Positions 23,462 to 35,300 of a stretch of DNA of 47,678 nt are shown in pieces. The stretch spans positions 32,737,089 to 32,784,766 of the forward strand of contig JBOZIK010000001.1 of the NCBI GenBank assembly GCA_051453625.1, read 5' to 3'. The first letter of the stretch is position 1. The number at the start of each line of letters is the position of its first letter. The position numbers and the translations under genes were made by a program. The notes under the pieces were generated by a model. It searched no databases. It had not been told where the DNA came from and saw only the letters and a program-made list of their open reading frames with translations. The stretch is from Welwitschia mirabilis. Taxonomy: Eukaryota.

Positions 23462-24755
23462 TGTTGTGATGCATAATTTTACAATCCTTTAGTTCTTACT
23501 TAATCCTATTAATCCCAAATAGATATATTGCAAGTAACACACTAGTATAAATGAAAGTAACCTAAATGTCATAAACCCATTGAAGGTGTGCAAAAGAAGA
23601 AGAAGTATTAATTTTTACAAAAAATATTATATCCTATTAAATCTAATGAAATGATGAGAAAATAAATACACGGTGTAATTCGAATGCAACCTACTCTATA
23701 TGAACACCTATCTAATTACCAAATTGACTTATCAGGAAGATTGGCCCTACATACCCTAAATTAGCTAGGAAGACTATCATTAATTAAGACTAACTTAAGT
23801 TATCAAGTAATTTGAATAGAATATAATGCAAGTTAATCTAAAAATGTACCTAAACTAATATTGTCAACCTTAACAAACGTTGCCCTTAAGACCTATATCG
23901 TAAGCGAAACTATCACCAAATTAAGAATAATATAAACTATAAGTATTGAAGAAATAAAATAAAAATAGAGTTTACATTAATCAAACTAGCATCTAGGTTA
24001 CAAAGTAGTCATACCTCAATGAAGGATGCACAACCCAACACCAAGGATTCATTTCTCTGCAACAATAAAGGATGGATCTTCCACACTTCGATCTCCTATC
24101 ATGAGAATTTTTGGTGTCTTTAAGATGATAAGAGGATTGAGGGAAAGACTTATTTATACAAAAATGAAAACATAATGATTACTCAATAAATAACACTCAC
24201 ATTGAAAATGTGCTTAATCTTGAAAAAGAAATAGATGAAATAGATGAAAATCGGCAAGCCATTTTATTGTCATCCTAACTATCATGGGAACAACACTAGG
24301 AACGATGCCCCATAATAACAAATGATTCATTATATTTTGGCTCCATAATAAATCTCATAATTAGCTTCAAATGTGATTTCATCTTGTACATTATCATGAA
24401 GACACTAGGGATGAAATGTCTTTAGAAAAACGGGCTCATTAGCTCCTAGTTCCAGTCCACTTCAGCATCCCAAACAACTGCTAAAGTGCTATCGTCCTAT
24501 CTATCATGGGAATGATAGTGGGAATGATAGTCTTTCTTATCTTTTCAGCTTATAATAAATCAGCCTTTTGCATCATTGATCTTCCTCTAAAGCACTAAGT
24601 ATCACAATATGTCTGAAATGCCTCTAAATATGCCAAGTTCTATGATCATCCCATTTGCTCTTTATAATCATCAGAATTACATTTAAACCTATATAAATGT
24701 CCTATAAAATGACTCATAATATTCCATTAAGTACACACAATTTGGTAGTGTATCA
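23462..24755 (-). repeat. 3' LTR of B
   Basis: Plus strand TGTTGTGATGCATAATTT...TTTGGTAGTGTATCA. First ~130 nt align with 32399-32530; TATAAATA on minus at 24151-24158; hairpin repeats at ~24268-24530. Confidence 0.88.
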
Positions 24756-24768
24756 TATCCCCTTACTT
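24756..24768 (-). promoter_or_regulatory. Polypurine tract of B
   Basis: Minus strand AAGTAAGGGGATA abutting the LTR. The upstream context (GACAA..CAAGGCTAAGT-like) is shared with C at 32855-32890. Confidence 0.75.
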
Positions 24769-26379
24769 AGCCTTGTTAATCACTGACAAAATGAGGTGAA
24801 TAACTACGATTGTGAGCCAAATTATCTTAAACAAAATAAATAAATTCAAAAATTATAAAATAGGCTTGTAAATAAATTCAAACATATCATAGAGTAGAAT
24901 CAAATGTAGCGCATCATGTGTATCAAGTGAAAATCACAAAAATTATGTCTCATAAAAACTCTAAAATGACCCCATAATTTTTTTAAATAAAAATTATAAA
25001 AATAAGTCCTATCACCCTCAAGAAAAATAATATCTCTTGTGTTAGCTAATGGAGAAAATAAATCATGCAAAAATCAATATGTCTAAACAAGAAGGTGGAC
25101 AATGGATTTTTTTTAAAATTTTATAAAAATTAAATTTTGACAGTCGATAAATTAAGTTCAAAGCTTAGTGTAGAAGTGTTAGATTTAAAAAATAAATATT
25201 TGGAGAAGATTCTAACAAATATGAAATGTGAATTATGAAAAGATTAAATAATGAAAATGTGCTAAGTGGGATGAAGTAAGTTTATGAGTGCCCAATAAAT
25301 GTGCTTTAACAAAAATAATTATGAATAGTGTGTAGGACTCTAAAAGACTAAAAATGAACATCAAAAAATTTGTAGGGAAACTCATCTAATTAGGAAATTA
25401 GCTTTTTATTTAAAACTAAACAAGAAAACTATTGAATGTTAAGGTTCTAAAATGATAAGAAAATATGGAAATGACTTTGAAATAACTAATTAAATAATGA
25501 AAGAAAAACAAAATGAAAAATAGACATTAAGAGTATGAAAAAGATAGTATACCTACCCTAAATTCTAACCTAGCAGATTTATATGGAAGAAATCATAACA
25601 TCACTTGATTTAAAATGCATAACTAAATGCATAACTCTGTAAAGTTCTATTTAATAAGGAAGTGGTTATGAAAATGTTAAAAATCAAATGAGCTAAATAA
25701 TGATTGATAATATTAAAGAGTTTCCTAGATATGAACTTACCTACTAACATCTTAAAATACACATGAATCCTCAAAAGTGAAATGATCAATATGAAAAGAC
25801 TAACAGTCTAAAGTCATGCTTTTGATGATACCAAGAATACCACTAATCCCATAGCTTTAAATTATGGTCAACTAACCTCCCAGTGGAGTTCTCACAGCTA
25901 CCATATCACACTAGAAAAGGCTTCTCTTGGGAAAATTTACCCTAGTGTGCCTACGGTAGGACATCATGATAACCATGTTTTTAAGCTAGTTTAGATATGA
26001 AACATCATGATCTTATTTTCTCTCTGTCTCTCTCCTTTATTTTTTTTACCCCTTTTTTTTTAAAGAAATAGATAAATTCCACATGATCATACAGCCTAAA
26101 AGATAAAGGTAAAGTTGTGAGATGAAAGAGAGAAAAGAACATACCTAAATACTCAAAGACCTTTCACTTTTAAGAAAAACATAAAAAATAAAGAAAATTC
26201 CTTTAAAATAAAGCTCATAAACATGTGAATGTCTTATGATTAGATGAATCTAATATTACCACTATAAAATTCCCAAGTACAAAGAGTAGTCATGAAAATA
26301 AAATAAATACATAAGTCATGTTTAAAAAAAAATGATTAACTAGCATCATAAGATCCTCGAAAGGAATAAGCTAAGGAAA

Positions 26380-29300
26380 AGTTCAAATAATGGTAGGGAA
26401 GAAGTCCTCCTCATTAAGGGAAACTATAAGACATGTGCTTCTATTATGTTCAAGGTTGCATCAAAAGGTTGCTTGTATGTTTTCAACCTTTGTCCCTTAA
26501 CTTTCTGAATCTCTTTAGGGGATAAGTCAGAAATATCAATAGAGCCATTAGAATGTACTTTATTAACAAGGTAAGGACCTAAACGTTTTGAGGTCAAATT
26601 GTTATGTAGAAGATGTACTCTAGTATTGTATAACAGAACTAATTAACTAGGTTCAAACTTCTTATGGATTAACTTTTTATCATTTATGAACTTATTTTGG
26701 GCTCTATGAATAAGTTGATGATGAATAGCTCAAGTTTATTTTATCTAAATGATCTAATTGAGATAAATGAGTTTTAAGATTTTCTTCCAAATTTACAATA
26801 TTAAGTTAATGTGTAGAATAATAGAAATTATAATAAACATCAACAGGTGAAATATAAACTTTACCATATACAAGTCCATAAGGTGAGAAACTAAGAGAAT
26901 TATACCAAGTAGTACAGTAAGCCAAAGAACATCATTAATTTTAAAATTCCAAGATTTATTATTTGTAGAGACAAATTTTTTAAAGCATTTTTAATTTCTC
27001 TATTGGCATTTTCAGCTTCTCCATTGGTTTATAAATAGTAAGCATAAGCTACTCTATGTTTTATTCCAATTGATAAAAGAAGTTTCTTAAAAAGATGACT
27101 AATAAAATGAGTTTCTTGATCACTAATGATTATACAAGGAAAGCAANNNNNNNNNNNNNNNNNNNNNNNNNNNNNNNNNNNNNNNNNNNNNNNNNNNNNN
27201 NNNNNNNNNNNNNNNNNNNNNNNNNNNNNNNNNNNNNCATCAATAGCTATTAAAATATAATTTTTATCTTTAGAAGGTGGTTTAATTGTGCCTATGAAAT
27301 TGATTCCCTAATAATCAAAAGGTTCACACTAAAAAATAGGTTTAAGGGGCATTTCCTTATAATCATAAAAGGCTATCATAACATTAACATGCATCACATC
27401 TTCTAGCATAATCGAAAGAGTCCTAAAGAATACTAGGCCAATAAAATCTAGAGTGAAGAATTTTCATGACTATTTTTTAACCAATAAAATTTCCACCACA
27501 AATACCACTATGATAAAGATGAAGGATATTAGATTTTTTCCATTTTGGCATACATTTTCTCATAATTTTATCCTTACACCTATGATAAATATGGAGTTCT
27601 ATCCACTCATAATCACCTATCCTATATATAAAAGATTTTTTTTTTAAATTGTGGCTCTAATTTCATGGTGTTTTCTAAGTAATAACATAATTAAAAATAT
27701 CAGTATATCATGAAGGGGGATGAGTAGAAGATATAGTAAATAGTTGTTCATTAATAAAAAGATCATTANNNNNNNNNNAAGAAGAAGAGAGGTGTGATAA
27801 GTGATATACTACATTTTTGTGTTTTCCTTCCTTATCTATGATGGTGAGATTAAGTTTTTGCATTAACAGGATCCATTTAATCAACCTAGCACTATAATCT
27901 TTCTTAGTCATCAAGTATTTAATCACCGCATGGTCTGTATAGATGTTTGTATGAAAGCCTAAAAGATAATTTCTAAGATTATTGAGGCAAAAGATTATGG
28001 CTAACATTTCTCTCTTGGTAGTTGTGTAATTTGTTTAAGCTTTGAACAATGTTTTACTATGATACAATATGACTTTAAAATCATTTTCATATTTCTGTCT
28101 AAGCACTCCACTTATAGTAACATTACTGGCATAACACATTAGCTCAGAATCCTTATCCTAGTTGGGTCTTATTACAGTAGGTGTGAAAGAAATTTTTTAA
28201 CAAGATTTGTTTCATTTAAATTTTGATTTATATGGCTTTATAGATTTTAGCATCATCTTATATGAAGCAATGGTAAAAACCACAATTTCTAAGAAAAGAT
28301 TAAATTTGTTTAACATTAGTTAGAGGAGTTAAGTCTTTAATGATGCTTACTTTATCATAGTCCATCTTAATTCCTTTTTTAGAAATGTAATAACCTAGAA
28401 CTATTCCATTATCAATTAAAAATAAGCTATTTTTCCCACTTAAATGAAGGTCACACTCTATACGTCTATTAAGGACTTTTTCTAATCTTTCTAATATTTG
28501 ATCAAAGGTTTTTCCAAAGATTGAAAAGTCATCCATAAATATTTCTATCGAATTCTCTAACATGTTTGAAAGAATACCTATCATAGAACATTGAAAGATT
28601 CTAGGAGTNNNNNNNNNNGTTATTCAATCCAAAAGGCATTCTTCTAAAAGTAAATGTCCTGAAAGATAAAGTAAAATTTATTTTAGCCTAGTCTTCACTA
28701 GCTATTCAAACCTAGATATAGCCACTATATTCATCTAAAAAGTAGTAAAAAAACATGTCCCTAAATTCTATCAAGTATCTGGTTAATAAAGGATAGCGAA
28801 TAATGATTCTTTTTCATGCCTTCATTAAGTATTCTAAAATCTATGCATACTCTCCATTTTCCATACTTTTTTGGTATTATAGTTAAGGGACTAACCCATT
28901 CACTATTTGATATAGCATAAATGATTCTAGCATCCATTAATCTAATAATTTTGTCCTTAACTACTTGTTTAAGTGCTATATTTAATCTTATTTTCAGTTT
29001 CCTAATAGGTTTTGAGTTTTTCTCAAGATATATTTTATGCTAAACAATAGAAGAAGGAATGGTTGATAAATCTTTATGAGACCATGTGAATTCATTAACT
29101 TTAGAATTGAAAAGAGATTAAGATTGATTCTTGTTCAAGAAAGAGGTTTTTATTGATTATTAAAGGTTTATTCTAACCATTACAAAGAAATATATACTTT
29201 AGTCCACTAGGTGGATTTTTTAGATTTAGAGTAAGATTTCAGTTTCTGTTACAAACTCATTAATTTTAACCATTATCTCATACTATTATCTAGATGTCAG

Positions 29301-29960
29301 TAGTGCCTTGCCTCAAAGTGTAACTTTCTATTTATTTTTAATAGTTATACTTTCTTACAAACCAAGGGTTTTGTTTATTCCTCATTCTAATATAAAACAT
29401 CATTTTTTTAATGCTTGAAGTTGAATGTATCAAAAGCTTTTAAGTTTTCTATCTCAAATGGATCATCATATAGTGTAGATTCATGTAACTTTAGCTATCT
29501 TTCTTCAAGCAGACAATGCTGCAAGAATAAGATTAATTTAATTTCATTTTTTATGCTCCATTCATCAACTTGGCCTTTCCTAGATATATCAAAAACTCTA
29601 ATTGTAAAATTTTTATTCTCTAAATGACACTCCATCATCTTAGTTCATGTAACGATAATGCAATGGACTGTTGCACAGAATGCTTTTCCTAGAAGTAATG
29701 GATAACATCTTTTATGTTCGACTTCTATTACAACTACATCTATAAGGTAGAATACCTCTTTAATTTGAATCACTAAATATTTTATAACTTCTAAGGATTT
29801 ATTAACTAATGTATTTGCTAATTCCAAGATAATTCGAGTAGGCTTTATTCTACATTCTAAATTGAGTCTCTTACAAATGTGTAATGGCATAATGTTGACA
29901 CCTGTTTCAATGTCTTAAAACCCTTTTCATTCTTTTATTTCCCTCTAATATGGCACTAAT
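26380..29960 (-). pseudogene. pol: Degenerate gypsy pol of B (protease, RT, RNase H, integrase)
   Basis: PR DIETGVNIMPL..PLLLGKAFCAT (ORF 29645-29890); RT SEWVSPLTIIPKKYGKWRVCIDF, EIFMDDFSIFG (ORF 28300-28584); RH YTDHAVIKYLMTKKDYSARLIKWILLMQ (ORF 27708-28007); INT PFDY*GINFIGTIKPPS..YILIAID, GPYLVNKVHSNG, KVKGQRLKTY. Confidence 0.93.
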
Positions 29961-31700
29961 GGTTGCTATCTCTGGATCCTTAAATTTTGGAGATTTTTGT
30001 AAGACTAAGTTGGTTAGGGATTGAGCTAAAAAGGCTTTACTATGTATAGTTTATTTTTATTTTCTTCTTATTAAGTCTTTCCATAACTTAGAATACTTTG
30101 GACTTTCTTATCAAAGTTTCCAAAATAGTAAGTTTATACTCACAATTTGCATTAAGGTTTTAAGATGTTCATCAACAATTGGATTAGTATTAAGCTTATC
30201 AAGCCAATGGATAACTGGTTTTTTATCTATTTCTTGAGAAGAATTTTTTTCTACTTTTATCATTTAAGAAAGAAGGGAATTTATGATTTTTTTAATATTT
30301 TAATATCCTCTTATTCCTTATCATATCTATTGTTATTTTGGGAGGTTGATGCTTCATAAGGAGGAGGGTTTTCTTTATTTCCACTTTGTGTTACAACCTT
30401 ATAATCTTTTCTTACTTTATTAGGTCTAGTAGAGGTTGTGTTGCTAATAATTCTTGCAGTCTTTGGTTTGCCAACATGGTTTTTTAGAGGACATTTACTA
30501 AATTTTCAATGTTGGAGTTTGTATTTTCTTGTGATTTTCTAAGTTCATCTATAGAATTTCTAAGTGAATCATTTTGATGTTGAAAGTTTGATGAACTTGG
30601 TTGAAAGTTTATATTTTTAAAATGACTATTGAAGAGTTGAATATTGGTTTGAAAGTTTTTGAACTTGTTGTCAAAGGTTTAAAATTTAGATCGTGCATGC
30701 ATCCTAGGTTGTAATTATTTTTGGTACTAATTTGGATTTTGGTTTTAGAAGTTTGAAAATTTTTTATTGAAAGCACAAGCTTCTTCATATATTCTTTCCT
30801 TAGAGGTTGGTAGCAAAGGACACTCCTTAGTTATATGATAGTTATCTTCACATAAGTTACATATTGGCAAAACACTCTTTTTAGTTGCTAATTTTGTATC
30901 TAGAATCATCCCAGTATATTTCTCCAAAGTTGTTTTAAAGTCATTAATTAAATTTATAGATTCAGTTTCTATTTTATCTACATTCTTTTCTTATTTTATT
31001 TCTTTAAAATATTTAATGATTTGAACTACAGTGTAGTTGTCTCTTGATGTTGGTTTTAGCCAAGTTTGGCTTACCTCAAAAAGTTCTTGTAATGTTTTCC
31101 AAGCATTTTCTAATGTGAGATTCATTAGGTTTTCACCACAAGAAAAATCTCCGACTTATTTTGTTTGGCTGTTTAATCCACTATAAAAGTAATCTATTAA
31201 TTCATCTCATGTGAATGCATCTATTGGATTAGAATGAATTGCAATAAAGAATCGTTCATAAGTGAAAGCATAATATTTATTTGGTTGTTGTTGGAGGTTA
31301 GTTACTTCTTTATTTCTCTTCCTAATGGTTCCTTCACTTATAAATCTCTTAATAAAATCTTCCTAAACTTGATTTCATGTTTTTAAACTCTTGTGAGGTA
31401 TAGTTCTTAACCAAAGTTTTGCATTTTGTTTCAACATAATGGAGAAAATGACCATATGGGCATAATCACTAATTCTTTTCTTTTTGTTTCTAGAGGTAAA
31501 AACTAACTATTTAATGTTAACAATGTGTTGGAAGGGATCCTCATCATTTTCACTACTAAATATGGGATAAGCATTTAAATTTAAAATTTAACATCATCTC
31601 CTAAGGGTAAATCAAAAGGAGTTTAGATCTCACATTTTTTATTGGCTATTAGTTCTTTAGGAGTATAAGTTGCATTAGGATAAGGGGTTAAATACCCTAT
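29961..31700 (-). pseudogene. gag: Degenerate gag of B
   Basis: KELIANKKCEI*TPFDLPLGDDV; LKQNAKLWLRTIP; FYSGLN..CGENLMNLTLENAWK; knuckle CNLCEDNYHITKECPLLP (ORF 30745-30927); N/Q/F-rich linker. Confidence 0.85.
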
Positions 31701-32377
31701 GACTTATTTTTATTTTTGTGTAGTGTTTAACATTTTAAAACTATCTTCTTCTAAATTATTTTCTATAAAATATTCCTTCATGGAATCAAGTTCTAAAAAA
31801 ATAAAGTCAGAAGGGATATTGTATGCTCTTGGTATTGCATATCTGATTCTAATTTGAAGTCGACTAATCCTTTTCTGATATTCTCTTCTATCAGCAGCCT
31901 TTCTTTCTGATATTTGTTTTTTAAATTCACCATATCATAGCATACTTTAGACAGAAAATAGAAAAAAAAAAAACTAAAAAACAACTAATAGTTGTCTGTT
32001 TGGTTGTGGGGACAACACAAGGAATGATAATCATTTAAAAAAATAGCATATTACTAAAATAGAAAAATTATCATAAATAGAAATTTAGGCTACTATCCAC
32101 CTTGTCGTGGGAATGATAGTGAGGATGATAGTATTTTTATTACAATTACCAAAAAAAAATTATAGAAAAAATAAATTCAAAAAATCTGTAACTATCATTC
32201 TTAGTGTCATGTGGATGTCCTAGGGGACAGCAGTACTTATTAAAGCTATGGAAAACAAAAATTATAGAAATAAATCTACTAAACTATAATAAAAATATAG
32301 CACTATTTCAAATAATCGGAATTAAAATTCAAGGTACTTAACTAATATAATAACAATCCTTCAACTCCTTGTGGCCT

Positions 32378-32395
32378 TCCCCAACAACAGCGCCA
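32378..32395 (-). promoter_or_regulatory. Primer-binding site (tRNA-Asp type) of B
   Basis: Minus strand TGGCGCTGTTGTTGGGGA, three C>T changes from TGGCGCCGTTGCCGGGGA, 3 nt from the LTR end. Confidence 0.9.
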
Positions 32396-32398
32396 AGA

Positions 32399-32854
32399 TG
32401 TTGCGGTGCATAATTTTGCAATCCTTTATGTCTTACTTAATCCTGTTAATCACAAATAGATATATTACAAATACAACACACTAGTATAAATGGGAGTGAC
32501 CCAAATGTTGTAAACCCATTAAAGGATTACAAATAGATATATCATACAGGATCCACATCACCTCCCAGTTTGGTCCAGTAAGTGTCTTAGTCAATAAAAC
32601 TTCTTTTATTATCTAGACAATAAGGTGGATGATGTTTCTTACATTAGATCAACCTCTTTGATTACAAGATTTCTGCTTTAGATAAGAAGTATTGCAATTT
32701 GCTTGAAATATTATCAAATGTAATGAAGATTGCATGTTTTTATGATATTTGCCTTAGCTATTCATTATCATCAAAACTTGGCATAAACCTATTTAATTTC
32801 CTGCAAAACTACTTAAAATACCTTATCAAATACATATAATTTGGCATCACAACA
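32399..32854 (-). repeat. Short chimeric LTR shared by B (as 5' LTR) and C (as 3' LTR)
   Basis: 32399-~32525 matches the B LTR at 23462-23585. ~32541-32854 matches the C LTR at ~44845-45188. Flanked by B's PBS on the left and C's PPT on the right; 456 bp versus ~1.2-1.3 kb for intact LTRs. Confidence 0.88.
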
Positions 32855-32867
32855 TAATGCCCAACTT
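32855..32867 (-). promoter_or_regulatory. Degenerate polypurine tract of C
   Basis: Minus strand AAGTTGGGCATTA abutting the LTR end CACAACA. The flank ACTTAGCCTTGT...CTGACAAA is homologous to B's PPT flank. Confidence 0.65.
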
Positions 32868-34089
32868 AGCCTTGTCTGTCCCTGACAAAGTAAGGCAAAT
32901 AACCATAATTACAAACCAAGTTGAGTAAAGATACATTAACTAGGGAACCATAGAATAAACTTAGAAATATTATGATGCAAGACAGAAATGTTAAAATAAA
33001 TAATTAAATGTTTTAGTTGTACAGAGTATATGGTCGTACTATCGTCCTGTACATCATCTAGATGATAGAGGGGATTACAGGCTAAAAAATTATTCTTGAA
33101 AAATAGAAGCCTGCAAAAAATTTTTCAAAAGATAAACATTAAAATTCNNNNNNNNNNNNNNNNNNNNNNNNNNNNNNNNNNNNNNNNNNNNNNNNNNNNN
33201 NNNNNNNNNNNNNNNNNNNNNNNNNNNNNNNNNNNNNNNNNNNNNNNNNNNNNNNNNNNNNNNNNNNNNNNNNNNNNNNNNNNNNNNNNNNNNNNNNNNN
33301 NNNNNNNNNNNNNNNNNNNNNNNNNNNNNNNNNNNNNNNNNNNNNNNNNNNNNNNNNNNNNNNNNNNNNNNNNNNNNNNNNNNNNNNNNNNNNNNNNNNN
33401 NNNNNNNNNNNNNNNNNNNNNNNNNNNNNNNNNNNNNNNNNNNNNNNNNNNNNNNNNNNNNNNNNNNNNNNNNNNNNNNNNNNNNNNNNNNNNNNNNNNN
33501 NNNNNNNNNNNNNNNNNNNNNNNNNNNNNNNNNNNNNNNNNNNNNNNNNNNNNNNNNNNNNNNNNNNNNNNNNNNNNNNNNNNNNNNNNNNNNNNNNNNN
33601 NNNNNNNNNNNNNNNNNNNNNNNNNNNNNNNNNNNNNNNNNNNNNNNNNNNNNNNNNNNNNNNNNNNNNNNNNNNNNNNNNNNNNNNNNNNNNNNNNNNN
33701 NNNNNNNNNNNNNNNNNNNNNNNNNNNNNNNNNNNNNNNNNNNNNNNNNNNNNNNNNNNNNNNNNNNNNNNNNNNNNNNNNNNNNNNNNNNNNNNNNNNN
33801 NNNNNNNNNNNNNNNNNNNNNNNNNNNNNNNNNNNNNNNNNNNNNNNNNNNNNNNNNNNNNNNNNNNNNNNNNNNNNNNNNNNNNNNNNNNNNNNNNNNN
33901 NNNNNNNNNNNNNNNNNNNNNNNNNNNNNNNNNNNNNNNNNNNNNNNNNNNNNNNNNNNNNNNNNNNNNNNNNNNNNNNNNNNNNNNNNNNNNNNNNNNN
34001 NNNNNNNNNNNNNNNNNNNNNNNNNNNNNNNNNNNNNNNNNNNNNNNNNNNNNNNNNNNNNNNNNNNNNNNNNNNNNNNNNNNNNNNNN

Positions 34090-35300
34090 AGAATAAACCC
34101 CTGATGTGCTAGAGGCTCAGGTGCAGGTGAAGAAGATGAAGAATGCTCAGGATCTGCAAAAAAATAATGGTCAAGGACTATCATGATGGAAGGTGTGGTT
34201 TCATCTCCCTATGCTCAAACTACCTCTAGGATTTCAACTATAACACCATGCTCAATGCATAATATGTGATCACACATCTCCATCAGCTACCCCTCGATGT
34301 GTTGTACTCTCCTCTCCATTGTTGATATCCTCTACTGTAGCTCATTAAAGCCTTAGTTCATAAGATCTTAAAGGCCCTATGTTGTGTCTATCAGGAGAAC
34401 CTATATCTACTCAAGAATCACACCAACTGTAAGTCTCTATACATGAGGTCTCTCTGCTTCTTCTGAAACCTGTATGTCCATACCTTGTAGGTAGCGAGCT
34501 GATGTCTGAATATGTGTGAGCTATTGTTTTCCCACAGGCTCAAGTATACTGAAGCATCTAAAAGTAGCCAAGAGGATGCACTGATATCCCAAAGTCTAAA
34601 TATGATGAGCCTCAATAATTGTCTTGAGTCATCTCTAGATAAATATGGCTAAGCATCTGCTTCTCTTATTTAAGTAGTGCCAGCATCTGAAGATGGACTA
34701 CCATGGCATGGCTATCATGAAAAGATAGGCTAACGTTATGAATCAGTTCTCTATGTAGAATCTAGTAGGTAAGTGAGAAATGTATAATCAAAACTCCCTA
34801 CTTATCACTCGTGACATTAGCTGGTATATCTAACACTATGTCATAAGCATGGCACTCCTCTATATCATTAGCTAAATGAATATGTTTATTTTCAATGCCA
34901 CCTAACTCAGTAACTATGGCAATGTGGCTTCGAGTATAGATATCTCATGACCACGAATTATAGTAATAATCATATCCATTAGACGATCACAAGCATTAAA
35001 CCTCTGCTCAATGTGCATCATATCATAGAATTTCCTTGTCTTAGAAGTGTAATAGACTCCATGTGCATTAAAAATCCATATAATTTATAAATTATTTAAT
35101 ATTTAATCTACCTCTAGCTCAATCCTACTCATAAAATATCCAAAGTATCTTTTTAGTCATATGAAAGTAATCTATATAGAGAGTGATAGAGTTTTATGAG
35201 GTGGTGGATGCATGGGCTCTACACACTCAATCATAGGTGGGACTAGTAGATCCACCTTCTATTCTTATAACTCATTCTCAACCTCAGTCTGTCTAGCTCA
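34090..35300 (-). pseudogene. Degenerate env-like (Athila ORF2 / Transposase_32-like) ORF of C; its 3' end falls in the N-gap
   Basis: Minus-strand fragments: NAHGVYYTSKTRKFYDMMH..IITIIRGHEISI; ILHRELIHNVSLSFHDSHAMVVHLQMLAL; coiled-coil-like region at ~34230-34370; DPEHSSSSSPAPEP. Confidence 0.72.

Larger units (their letters stand above)
23462..32540 (-). mobile_element. Element B: Athila-related Ty3/gypsy retrotransposon (no env-like ORF), 5' LTR truncated and fused to C
   Basis: 3' LTR 23462-24755, PPT, INT-RH-RT-PR-gag on the minus strand, tRNA-Asp PBS at 32378-32395, and an LTR start at 32399 homologous to 23462. Confidence 0.92.
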
